Positions 38,333-50,620 of a DNA stretch of 64,000 bases are shown piece after piece. This DNA is from Callorhinchus milii (Eukaryota): assembly GCF_018977255.1 (NCBI RefSeq), contig NW_024704742.1, forward strand, positions 16,060,001 through 16,124,000, read 5' to 3'. The first letter of the stretch is position 1. Every line of letters begins with the position of its first letter. The position numbers and the translations under genes are program-made. Below the pieces are notes generated by a model. The model ran no database searches and had not been told where the DNA came from. It saw only the letters and a list, made by a program, of their open reading frames with translations.

Positions 38333-39571
38333 TTTTAGGCAGGATAAAATGGAACTTCAGGAAGTGCTAGTCCTTATCGCCTTGTGAGTTTTCTGAAGCA
38401 TCAAATGTCTCAGGATAGTTTGCAGACTAGACTTGATTTCATCTTTTCTGAAGAAAGCATGTTCAGAAGCACACATGTGACAAATTAGCAACCTGTAATT
38501 GTGGACAAAAAAGGTCATCAATCTAAAATTGCAGACTATGGGGGTTATCAATCTTTAACTGAGACATAATGAGCCATGAATTATCCTTACACTAAACAGC
38601 CAAGCTCAACCCTCATGAGCAATAATAGAGACATTGTTCATATTGTTATACTTGACTGTATCAATTCAAAGGGGGCAGTTTTATATTTCTCTAGTCTAAT
38701 ATAATTGAACACTAGTTTCTCATGTAATCTGTACTTCGATTCTTCGGGGTAAATTTACAAAAAATGGCTTGAAATAAACAACATCAGTCTTGTGTGGCTC
38801 ACTGACTGTCATGTACTGAGCATTTAATTGGGTAATTTTGGCCAATTAGTTGGGTGCTGATAATAGCTGCTTTGACTTAACAGCCAGGAAAATCATAAAC
38901 CTATTTGCCGGCTAGTAATTAAAACAAGGAAGGGAAACTTTAGCCTCTCTGTAGCCTCCAGGGGTTTTTGAAACTCTTTTCCAAAGTCATGCCTGCATAA
39001 ATGACAATGTAAATTTGTTCATAAAACTAGGCATTGAAGAGATTGTAGCAATACAATGGTAGGGTGAAAGACCGACCTCGATGAACACGGAAGATAGAGA
39101 AAAATTTCAAATGTGTCTATATTTTTGTTGTTCTTTTTAGCGAGATGGATGACCCAGCAGCAAATAGGAAGCTATTGGAGAGTAAAGTGAAAGTTTGAGC
39201 TGAGGCCAATTGTAATCTGAACCACGTGAGACATATCTGCATAGCTTTGGAGGAGACAAACTTAATCAGAACCGACAGTTAAAAGTGTTTGAAGTCCTCA
39301 ACTTAAGTACACTCAAAAATCAGTGATACAGCATTGCCAAAATTCTAAACTACACGCATGGAATCTCTGTAACACTTGATGAAGTACTCCATTTTCTTGC
39401 CCACTGTAAATTTGACCACCAGTTAGATTTAGTTACATATTTATATGAGCTGATGGTACATCAAACTAATGTACAATGTGATTTAAATACTCCGAAGGTT
39501 GTGATCAGTTTTAATACGGGATGTTGCTGGAAAAGGCAAGCGAATAACCTGAAATGCTGATTTCACTGCAG

Positions 39572-39896
39572 ATAATAATAATAATAATAATCCTTGCATT
39601 TGATATAGCGCTTTTCACGTCGGGAGGACGTCCCAAAGCGCTTCACAGAACACATTGTAAAGTGAATTGACTGTATATTTGTGGGCGAACCCGGCAGCCA
39701 GTTGCGCACAGCAGTGTCCCACAAACAGTCGTAAATTGAAAATGACCAATTTATTATTGTTTTGTTATGGAGGGATTATTATTAGGCTCTGTATGGAGTA
39801 AGGAAACTTGCCCAAGGTTTCGCCCTCTGCCTGGAATTGAACTTAGGTCTCTCGCTTGCAAAGCGAGTGCTCTAACCACTGAGCTACAGGACTCCA
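39572..39896 (-). mobile_element. tRNA-Ala-derived SINE, short form
   Basis: Near-consensus copy. Confidence 0.95.
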
Positions 39897-39904
39897 TGTA
39901 TCCA

Positions 39905-40725
39905 TGGGTTGGTAGAACTCTCACTTCTGAGTCAAAAGGTTGTGGTTTCAAGCCCCACATATAGTCCAGGCTGCCAGGTAAAACGTTTTACTGAGGTGGA
40001 TGTTATAGATCCCATAGCATTATTGAAAAAGAGAAGAGCTTTTCTCTTGGTGTCATGGCCAACAATCACCTAAATAAAACTGATCATTCACTTCATGTCT
40101 GTTTATGGGACATTGCTGTGCGCAAATTGAATGCCCACAAAACTCAAAGTCACTCCATTCTACACTCTATATCCTGATCATCCAGAACTGCAGCTCAGGT
40201 CCTCTCCCACACCAGGCTCTGTGACCCCATCACTCTCACCCTTGCCCGGCTTCACAGGCTCCCCATCCCTCAGAGGATAGAATTCAAAATCCTCATCCTC
40301 ACTTTCAAACCCCTTCACGACCTTGCCCCTCCTACCTTTCTGACCTGCTAACCTCCTATCGACCCCTTATCAATCCAGCCTGCTCCATGTCTCCCGCCCG
40401 ACCCGCCCTACCATTGGCGGTTGGGCTTTCAGCTTTTCTGTCCCCATCCTTTGGAACTCCATTCCTCAATCCTTTTGCCTTGCTCCCTCCCTTGCCTACT
40501 TCAAGGCATGACTCAAGACCCTCCTTGCCGACCTTGCCTTCAGCCGCCCTCCTACCTCACTGCCCTCCCTCATCCCAACCCTGCGCCCCCCACGCTCAGA
40601 TTCTGATCCCCGACTGTTCAGCACCTTGGGACATCCTGCCACCATGAAAGGCACTTTATAAATTAAATTTTGTTGTTGTTGTAAATTTCTTTGAGACATC
40701 CTCCTGACATGAAAATGGAATATAT
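39905..40725 (+). mobile_element. Old DeuSINE (SacSINE1-like) interrupted by L2
   Basis: Head TTGGTAGAACTCTCACTTCTGAGTCAAAAGGTTGTGGTTTCAAGCCCC; Deu body to about 40160; 3' remnant at 40682-40725. Confidence 0.75.
40170..40682 (+). mobile_element. L2 3' fragment
   Basis: ATCATCCAGAAC..GACCCCATCACT; stem-loop and TTGTTGTTG tail. Confidence 0.9.
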
Positions 40726-40761
40726 ACAGAAGCGGGTATTCTGAGCACTGGGCACAAAGGT

Positions 40762-40865
40762 ACATTAGACATTTTTACAGAAGTAACTCAGCAATTGTTT
40801 ACAACAACAGCAAACATTAGACATTTCCACAGAAGAAACTCAGCAATTGTTTACAACAACAGCAA
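40762..40865 (+). repeat. 52-bp tandem duplication
   Basis: ACATTAGACATTT..GCAATTGTTTACAACAACAGCAA starts at 40762 and again at 40814. Confidence 0.9.
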
Positions 40866-40900
40866 CAACAAGATTACATTTGTATAGCGCCTTTCACATC

Positions 40901-41780
40901 AACAACAACAACAACAAGATTCAATTTATAGAGCGCCTTTCACGTCGGGAGGACGTCCCAAGGCGCTGTACAGTTGGGTCAGGACCTGAGCAAGGGGGAA
41001 ATGGTCAGGGTGAGGGGAGGGAAGGGAGGGAGTGAGGAGGGGGTAGAGAGTCGAGAGGGGAGCTGAAGGCACGGTCAAAGAGAAAGGTCTTGAGACCGGC
41101 CTTGAAAGAGGAGAGGGAGAAAGCGGCGAAGGCACTGGGGGATAGAGTTCCAGAGCCTAGGGGCTGAGAGGCTGAAGGCCCGGCCACCGATGGTAGGGCG
41201 ATTGGGGCGGGAGACGTGGAGCAGACCGGAGCCGGAGAAACGGAGGGTACGGGCAGGTAGGTAGAGGGATAGTAGGTCGGAGAGGTAGGAGGGAGCAAGG
41301 CCGAGAATGACCTTGTAGATGAGGGTGAGGATCTTGAATTCGATCCTCTGGGGGATGGGGAGCCAGTGGAGGCGAGCGAGGGTGGAAGTGATGTGGTCCC
41401 GAAGCCTGGTGCGGGACAGTACATGAGCTGCAGAGTTCTGAATGACCTGCAGCTTGTGGAGGGAGGTGCCGGGAAGGCCGGCGAGGAGAGAGTTCCCATA
41501 GTCCAGCCTTGAAGTGATAAAGGCGTGGACCAGAGTTTCAGCAGCGTGAGGGGTGAGGTAGTGCCATAGTCTGGCGACATTCCAGAGGTGATGGAAGGCG
41601 GTGCCAGTTGTGGCGCGGATATGAGGAAGAAAGGACAGCTCAGGGTCGAACAGAACACTGAGGTTCCTGATCGGCTTTGAGAGGTGGAGAGTGCAGCCTT
41701 GGATGCTGATGCTGTCAGCGCCTGAGGAGGGCCTCAGGTTTACACATGTTGAGCTGAAGAAAGTTGTCTCTCGTCCAGGA
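40901..41780 (-). mobile_element. Young L2, 5'-truncated, with an internal deletion
   Basis: Very similar to 52702-53610; (TTG)n tail at 40901. Confidence 0.95.
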
Positions 41781-41786
41781 GAGGAT

Positions 41787-43095
41787 CATCGGGAGGATGT
41801 CCCAAGGCGCTGGACAATGTATAGCATTTCAGACCCGAGTTGGGGTCAGGAGGGGAGAAGGGAGGGGACAGGAAGGGGGGTGGCCGATGGCATGGTCGAA
41901 GAGGAGGGTCTTGAGGCGGGACTTGAAGGAGGCTAAGGAGAGGGTGAGGCAGAGTGATTGGGGGATGGAATTCCAGAGGTTGGGGTCAGAGTGGCTGAAG
42001 GCTCTCCTAGGGTGGGTGGGTTGGGGACGTGGGACAGGCTGGAGCGGGCTGAGCGGAGGGAGCAGGCAGATTGGTAGGGGTTTAGGAGGTCGCAGAGGTA
42101 GGGTGGGGTGAGGTCATGAAGGGCTTTGTAGATGAGGACCAGGATCTTGAACTGAATCCTCTGAAGGACAGGGAGCCAATGGAGTCGGGCGAGAATGGGG
42201 GAGATGGGATCACGGAGTTGGTGTGGGGGAGGACATGGGCTGCAGAGTTCTGGATTATCTGCAGCCTATGGAGGGAGGAGTTGGGAAGGCCGACAAGCAG
42301 GGCATTTGCAAAGTCAAGCCTGGAGGTGATGAAGGCATGAACAAGAGTTTCAGCGGCCTGAGGGGTGAGGTAGTGGCGGAGTCGGGCGATGTTACGTAGA
42401 TGAGGGAAGGCAAAGCAGGTCGTGGCTTGGATGTGGGGAAGAAAAGACAGTTGAGGGTTGAACAAGACACCTAGGTTCCTGACTGGCTTGGTGAGTTGAA
42501 GTTGAGGTTGATGGAGGTGATACTGCCAGTGCCTGAGGTGCTGAGGTGCTGGCACGAGCCAATCAGGAGGGCCTCAGTCTTGTACACATTCAACTGTAGG
42601 AACTTTGTCCTCATCCAGGACTTGATGTCAGACAGGCAGTCTGTCAGGACAGCAGTGGTCCTGGAGTTGAGGCTAGAAACGTCCTCCCGACGTGAAAGGT
42701 GCTCTATAACTGTAATTTTGTTGTTGTTGTTGTTGAGGCAGAAATATAGAGTTGGGTGTTATCCACATACATATGGAAGTTGACCCCATGTCTGCGGATG
42801 ATGTCCCCAAGGGCGAGCATGTAGATATTGAAGAGGAGAGGGCCGAGGATAGAGCCCTGGGGGACGCCAGATGTGACAGTGCGGGGGCTGGAGGAGAAAC
42901 CGTTAGAGGCAACAAAGTGGAGACAGTGGGAGAGATAGGAATCAAACCAGGCAAGGGCAGGTCCGCGAAGATTAAGTAAAGAGGAGAGGCGGTGTATGAG
43001 GATGGAGTGGTCGACAGTGTCGAAGGCGGCAGAGAGGTCGAGGAGGACAAGGAGGCAGAAGGATCCTTATCACAGACGTTCAGAATGTCATTTTG
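41787..43095 (-). mobile_element. Older L2; its extreme 3' tail is displaced to 40853-40900
   Basis: PVRNLGVLFNPQLSFLPHI..AFITSRLDFANALL translation; RT region at 42750-43090. Confidence 0.92.
42678..42735 (+). mobile_element. Minimal L2 tail insertion
   Basis: ACGTCCTCCCGACGTGAAAGGTGCTCTATAACTGTAATTTTG(TTG)n flanked by GTTGAGGC(T)AGAAA duplications. Confidence 0.85.
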
Positions 43096-43174
43096 GTTTA
43101 CCACCAGTTCTTTGATACAAAATATTAGAATTTTGTAACACATTTCAGTGAATCAAAAACATTTTAAAGTCCTG

Positions 43175-43527
43175 TGGAGTCCTGTAGCTCAGTGGGTGAG
43201 TCCTGTTGCTATGTGGTTAGAGCACTTGCCTTGCAAGCGAGACACCTGGGTTCAATTCCAGGCAGGGCGAAACCTTGGGCAAGTTTCCTCACTCCACATA
43301 ATAATAATAATAATAATCCCTCCAAAAACAAAGCAATAATAAATTGGTCACTTTGAATCCACGACTGTTTGTGGGACATTCACTGCTGTGCGCAATTGGC
43401 TGCTGCGTTTCACCCACAAATATCCAGTCAATTCACTTTACAGTCTATTCTGTGAAGCGCTTTGAGATGTCGAGAAGACCTGAAAAGTGCTATATCAAGT
43501 GTAAGGATTATTACATTATTATTATTA
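43175..43527 (+). mobile_element. SINE with duplicated 5' A-box segment
   Basis: GAGTCCTGTAGCTCAGTGG followed by GAGTCCTGTTGCTATGTGGTTAGAGC. Confidence 0.92.
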
Positions 43528-43753
43528 AATGTGTTATGAAATGTTGCTGTTTTACTCCCAATGTGTCCCATTCCCACAAAGTAGCAAACTAGCACAATTC
43601 AGAGTTAAGATAAGACATTCAATTCCGCAGTTATTATGTGAAATTACTTGCATATATTCTATAACAAGTAGAAATCAGTTGCTTGGCCTATTAAATGAGT
43701 AGGACTTTATCATACCAGTGTAATAAAAAGCAGAATATTCTTGCAAATGTGAA

Positions 43754-43845
43754 TTTTTTTCTGGTCTGACACATGCAGAAACCCATCACCATGCTTAATA
43801 TTGCAAAACAGACTAAGAATTCCATGTACATACCACACATGAAAA
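43754..43845 (-). repeat. Unassigned repeat, copy C (terminal fragment)
   Basis: TTTTTTTCTGGTCTGACACATGCAGAAACCCATCACCATGCTTAA matches 29503-29536. Confidence 0.75.
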
Positions 43846-46800
43846 GAAACAGAAGACCGTACTTAGCGAAATTAAGAACAATATATCAAAACTGTATTAA
43901 CTCCAACAATAGGATTTTAATTAATTAAAGATTTGAGTCATGGTTGGCAATAACATTTCTGAAGTATTAAAAATTTCAGGCAAATCCAGTGAACACATCA
44001 GTGAACTAATATGCCTTTTGAAATATTAATCCTTAGACTGAAAGTAGATCCACAGTCTGAACCATGCATTTTATTACATTTATTACGGCACAGAAAACCT
44101 ATTATCACAGTAAGCAAGCTGCTTAAATGTTTTGATTATCTTTTTTACTATCATATTAGCCCCATTCTATTCAAATAATGAGGGATATTCTCCCCATTGT
44201 CAACAACAACAACATGCGCCCTTCACGCTGGAGGCATCTTGGAACACTTTGTCAGTGCATTTACTGACCTTTGGTGGCAAGTCCATATTATATTTCACAA
44301 GTTGATAAAATTTTCTTAAACCATTTGACACAGAAATGCACTCTGGAATTGGGCCAATATTAGTTGTAGAAAAAGTATGTATTGTTCTTACAAGCTCTAA
44401 AGAATGGATTTTAGAGGAGTTAAGGGAACTCTGGAGTTATAATAATAATTGTTGCATTGGAATTGGTGTCCTTCATATTGGAAGGATATCTCAGTTTGCA
44501 CACAGCAATGTCCCACCCACAGCCATGAAGTGACCGACCAATTTTATCTAAAGGATCGTCAGCCAGGATTCCAAGAGAAACTCTCTTTGTATGTTGTATT
44601 CTGGAGCTGTCAGGAGGAGCAAAAATGGATTCTGGCCAATGCAGTGAACAAATTAACAAGATGAGTTCTGCCAACTGTACCCAACCAAGCTGTCTAGCAC
44701 TGCAATACTATCTTGTTACTGTGTTGAGTCAATATCTCAGACACCAAGGACACTTGACAAAGCAGGCAAATTAATCCTTCTCTAATGTGCTCTGTGTATC
44801 TGGTAGTGAAACTGAGGGCCAGTGCCAGTTAACTGTGACACATATATACTCTGATCTTTAAGAGTACAGTTGCTGTCTTGTACTACATAATCCAGAGAGG
44901 ATCCTTTCAAAGGCTCTGTTACATGGTTACAGTCTGCTACTGCTTATAAACACAATAAACACTCTGGATCCGATCTCTGTACATGTGCAGAGGTTAGATG
45001 ATGAGCTCTGAGTTCAACTCTGAAGGAAATGGATGTATCATCTGTGAAAATCTGAAATAATATTTTTAATGATTCACTGTGGATTCTGCATGGATTAAGG
45101 ATACTTTTCTTTTGCAACAAACTTACTCCTGATAGGAAGTAACAATATTTTTTTGGATCAAACACAGAGCACAAGATTTAGAAGAGTTTATTGAATCTTA
45201 TTAACAAGCTGATTATAGTAGGCTTCATAAATGGTGCTACTATAATGGTATAAAATATAGGTCAAATCGATTATGATGTGGTTTTCTGGAATCAATATCT
45301 CAGACACCATGTTATAATGAAGCCCGAATAAACGGACAACTTCTAGGTCTTCAGATTACCACTGACATCAATTCCTGTACATTATGAGAAATTTTTGACA
45401 TTGAATTAAAGATCTATGGAATTTCACTAAGATTTTAGCAATGGTTTACTCTCCAAATTCTGACATTAACTCTTCAAATGTTTATCCAGAAATTTTCCCC
45501 TTACATAATTTTTTGGCCACTGTGGGACTGAGTTGTTTTATCATGGCTGGTACTTCATCTTGTCTGGAAATGCTGACTTCCTGGATGCTGCAGAGAAAAT
45601 AACTTATCCACCATTTGTACATGGAAAGACAAACTTTCCAGACTCGGACACCAATCTGCCAAAATGTTGCAAGTTGGAGATGTTTTTTAATCCAACCATT
45701 GACAGATTTTACTGAGACAGTATTGCTCTCACCTCTGTAATGAACACAGGATGGTGGGACACAAGAAGCTCGTGAGCAAAGGTAATTACATTACGGTAAA
45801 CATACTTTTCTTAAAAAAAAAGAAAAACTATGAAATAACTTCGAAATACGGGACTAAACACTGAGTTAAAATATTGAAAATAAAAGTGCTAATGAATGGG
45901 AGAATAAAAGAACACAAGTAGATTTAACATTTTTAAAGTTGTTTTATTATCAGTTTCTTTACTATTTTAAAGCATTTTTTTCTTTCCAGCTCCTGCAGTA
46001 CTTTTTTGGAGTTAGAACTATTATTTTACAATTGAATAATTCCCATCTCAATGTAAAGAGTTAAATGTATCAAGGCAGTACTAAAGCTTCATTCCCACAA
46101 CATCATAAAATTCCAATCAAGTTCAATGAGTTGTATAATTCCCTTTTCTTACATCTCCTAAAATGGAAGGCTTTACCTTCATATGACATTTAATTTGAAA
46201 GTTCATGAGCCAGATGAAGAACTGGCAAAACTCAATGAGGGAGGCTAGAATCCCATGGGATATGAACCCCTGACCTACTCGTTGAGAGTCAATCTATGCA
46301 ATTAACTCACTTCGCCTTATATTATTTTCTCTTGCAATGTTTTTATGCACTGTATAGTATCTACATTTTATACCATATCTGAATGGGCACTCCATCAACT
46401 TAGAAGAAGGAATTTGAGCCAATGAGCTCTCCAGTAGTTGTCTTCATTGCTCTGTATTAGCCATCATCAGGAGAATATGGCAAGACTTGATACATGCTCT
46501 GCTGTTCTTCCTGTTGAGTTGTGAGTGCTCCTTCACCACAAGGAAACTCTTGCGAGGCCCAATCAAGTAGTGCAACATGGGCTCCAGTCAGCAGTTTGAA
46601 TAAGTCAAAGTTAGGTTCTCAAGCCATCGAAAGTGGGGAGGAGGGCAATAATATTTACCGATTCTCTACTGATCATTCAGAACATTCACCATATATTATA
46701 TATGCATCTTTGAGACATTAATTGAGCTGTACCATTTATGTCAAACATTGCGACAGAGTTTGCAGCTTCTTCAGTTTTCATCTGAAAGAATGAGGAAAGG

Positions 46801-46934
46801 GTCAGAATGCATAATAATAATTCTTGCATTTGATATAAAAATCATTAAAGTCATTTGTAAAACTAGGGTATTTTTTAGGGGGGTTGTTGGGGGGTTCCAG
46901 CAACATTTTTTTCATATTACAGAATTGACTGTCA

Positions 46935-47550
46935 GCAGCCTAGGTCCGCTCATTGCCTCTGAATCAGAGGTTGTGGGTTCAAGCCCCGAGTCGAGACTTT
47001 CAGCTCAGATTCTAGATTGACACTCCAATACAGTTCTGGGGGTGTGCTGTATTGTCAGAGATGTTGTCCTTTGGATGAGATGTTAAACCAAGTCCTCATC
47101 TGCCCCCACACTCTGGAACTTCATCCCACGGTCCCTTCGCCTCGCTTCCTCCCTTGCATCCTTCAAGGCCGGTCTCAAGACCCTTCTCTTCGACTGTGCC
47201 TTTGGTCTCCCTCCACCTCTCTGCCTTCCCTCACCCCTACACCCCCACACTCAACATCTGACTGTATAGTGCTTTGGGACGTCCTCCCGACATGAAAGGC
47301 GCTCTATAAATGTAATTTTGTTGTTGTTCATGTGGGTGTTAAAGATCCTAATGTACTATTTGGAAAGAGATGGGAGCTTCTCCCAGTGTCCTATGTCAAT
47401 TGGTCATTCACTTCATGGCTGTGGGACATTGTTGTGCACAAATTGGCTATTGCATTCATCTGGAAAATACACAGTCACTACACATTCCAGTAAATCCTGC
47501 AGGCATCTTCCTGACAAGAACAGCATCATATTAAATACAACGATTATTAT
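46935..47550 (+). mobile_element. Old DeuSINE (SacSINE1-like) with an L2 3' end inserted at about 47096-47328
   Basis: GCCTCTGAATCAGAGGTTGTGGGTTCAAGCCCC head; L2 tail; SINE resumes at TGGGTGTTAAAGATCC. Confidence 0.8.
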
Positions 47551-47577
47551 CCACACTAATTAGAACTGTCTTGCATA

Positions 47578-47900
47578 TAATAATAATAATAATCCTTGCA
47601 TTTGATATAGCGCTTTTCAGGTCTTCTAGACGTCCCAAAGCGCTTCACAGAATATACTGTAAAGTGAATTGACTGAATATTTGTGGGCAAATGTGGTAGC
47701 CAATTGCATACAGCAACGTCCCACAAACGGCCATGGATTGAAAAATGACCAATTTATTATTGTTTTTTTTTGGAGGGATTATTATTAGGCTCTGTGTGGA
47801 GTAAGGAAACTTGCCCAAGGTTTCGCCCTCTGCCTGGAATTGAACTCAGGTCTCTCACTTGCAAAGCGAGTGCTCTAACCACTGAGCTACAGGACTCCAC
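47578..47900 (-). mobile_element. tRNA-Ala-derived SINE, short form
   Basis: Full length, TAGAA-loop variant. Confidence 0.95.
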
Positions 47901-49894
47901 AGTCAAACAGTGCAAATAATCGGACATCAAACAAAATAAATTGACTACAATGCTAACTGAAATATTGCTCCATCAAGAACTATATTTTTGTTAGCTTTAC
48001 TATCACTATTTACCATACTATCCCAGCTCTTCTCTATCTTCCAATCTCTCTCTACTTTCTATCACCTTCCCTTTGTCACTCGTTATCTCCCACATTCTCA
48101 CATTTTTTCTTTTTCTCTCACTCTGACTCTCTATTGTTCTGTCTCATTCTGTGACTATTACTATCTCTAAATTAGTAGAGATAGTAAAAGTCACAGAAAG
48201 AGATTTTCACATCGCCTCCACTTCGTCGCAGCAAAATTAATAAATTTTAAACAACTTGAATGGTGCTTAAATGTGCAGTATTCACAAATTGTGTGATAAG
48301 GATTTGTAAACATTGAACTCTGCCGGTAAACAAATGTATAACAGGCCAATCTACAGGGATTTCTTTCTGTCATAATCTACCAGAACTGCAGCGGTTCACA
48401 CCAAAGACTTGGTGTAATACATATCTGGCAACCAAAGGGGGTTCATTATTCACTAATCCCTTTGGGAAAACTTCTTTTGACCTCTTATAGGAACAAATGT
48501 AAAAATAAAATTTGATTTTAGTTGAAGGAACAATTATGATCACATAGTCTGAAGAGTCCACCCCTTGGGAGGTGCTTGAACTACCGTAATTTGCCTAATT
48601 CATCCAGCAGAGGTGTGCTGGTGAACTAATCCTGTCTTCTTCATTTTGGTCTGATGTGTTTCACTGGAAATAAACATTGCTAAGTTATAATTGCTGAGTT
48701 TTGCTGACAGATGCATCTGCACTGACAATCAGAAATGCATCACAGACCCATTTGAAGTGTTCAATTCTCACTTAGCAATGATGGCACAGCATGAGCTCTT
48801 GACAGCTTTCATATTGTTGTCAAACATCATGATCGTCTGGAATGTGATTTGAAACCATTCTCCTGTCTTTAAATAAAGAAGAATGATTCTGTAATTCCTG
48901 TAATTAAGGACTTTCATGTGATCCTGAAGTTTCATTGCTTCAAGCTGCAGTTAAAAGTTCCTGAAAATGTCAACCAAGACAATTCATAATTTTTTGCATC
49001 TGTAAAACAGAGCTGATGTAATACATCAGAAAACCATATGAGGGAAACTACCTTTCTTGATTTTATGACAATACATTTGGTTTTTAGGGTGCCACTTTTG
49101 ATAGTCGGGAGAGCAACAATCAAAAGGGCTCTCTGAATTTTATTTATACTAAAACTGTTATCGCAAAATAATCTGCAGTTTCTTACAAAATGCTTCTGGA
49201 CAATTGTGTCAGACCTAACCTGCAGCTAGGAATGCTGGCTTAAGTGGTTGATCCCTTCACCTAATCCTTCACTTAATATCCTTTAAGATGCAGTTCTGCT
49301 TTTATATAAACAAGATGTGTCACAAACCAGTGATTCAAACAAAAACCTAAACAAAATGCCTTAAATTAAGTTTAGATTGATTTATGCCTGTACCCAATAG
49401 GGCAGTGAAAAACTAATCCTATATTCATGTTTAGCACTGTACAACACAGACTAAAATAGGTTTTTCACACACTGGGGGCACCCAATGCTGCACTGCCAAT
49501 TATCAGATGGTATTAATTGCAGGGTAGAGTGGACAATTTGAATCATTTTTAGGGATCAAGGTGCAGAGTTTCCTAATGTGTTTGATGTGATTCTTATGAA
49601 ATGCTACAAATTTTGAACCTTCATACAATACTGCTGAATATTATGATAAAACGTACTTCCTCACATTACCAGATACTTGGCAAATGGAAAATGTTTGTGC
49701 ATAAGATATTTATATGTGTTAATAAGATAAAAAGGTGTCACACAGTTTGCATTTTAGTTCCCAAACAAATTTGCTGAAAGTTCAGAGGATCTCGTTCCTG
49801 CTGATGTAGATGTCCTCGAGTGTACGTTTGGGAAAAGCTCTTCCTGTCATCTTCTGCAACCATTTTGCTTGTGTTCAGCAAATCTGACTTGGAA

Positions 49895-50160
49895 ACATAG
49901 AGCTTTAAGGCACTGAAGGAGGCCATTTGGCCCATTGTGCCTGTGCTGGTTTTGTAAAAGAGCTTTCCGTTTATTCCCATTTTCCTGTCTTCCTTTCTCC
50001 TCAGCCCTCCACCATCCTTCTATAATTCTCCTTTCCAGATATTTATCTGATTCCCTCTTAAAAGCTGATATCCACCATAGCAGTTGTAACTTTGCATATC
50101 CAAACAACCCTGCTTTACAAAAAAATCTCCTAACCTCTCGGTTGGCTCTTAATACCTTAA
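49895..50160 (-). mobile_element. CR1 3' end
   Basis: ISAFKRESDKYL translation; ACCAGCACAGGCACAATGGGCCAAATGGCCTCC. Confidence 0.75.
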
Positions 50161-50364
50161 ATTAAGATAAATCTATGTCTTATATCGGGCCTCAGTTAAT
50201 TGAAGTGACTCACAATGTTTTGTAGATTAGCAATGTAAGTATGATGTAAATAATTTGAACGTATGTGGCATATTTGTGGTCTGTTGGGTATTTCAAATTA
50301 TCAGTGTGTTACACATGCCACCTGTGAGTTTCAGTGGAATACTTATATAATGTAGTCCTCAGGT

Positions 50365-50620
50365 AGGGCGAAAACTTGAGCAAGTTTCCTTACTCCGCAC
50401 TCCTAATAATAATCCCTCCAAAAAAAAAAATAATAATAAATTGTTCATTTTCAATCCATGACTGTTTGTGGGACACTGCTGTTCGCAATTGGCTGCCGCG
50501 TTTCGCCCACAAATATACAGTCAATTCACTTTACAGTCTATTCTGTGAAGCGCTTTGAGATGTCTAGAAGACGTGAAAAGTGCTATATCAAATGCAAGGA
50601 TTATTAGTATTATTGTTATT
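50365..50620 (+). mobile_element. Short-form SINE, head truncated
   Basis: AGGGCGAAAACTTGAGCAAGTTTCC through the tail. Confidence 0.9.

Noticed and set aside
48604..48618. CTCF-like CCAGCAGAGGTGTG
   Set aside because: Only the 5' part matches; the GGCGC end of the core is missing.
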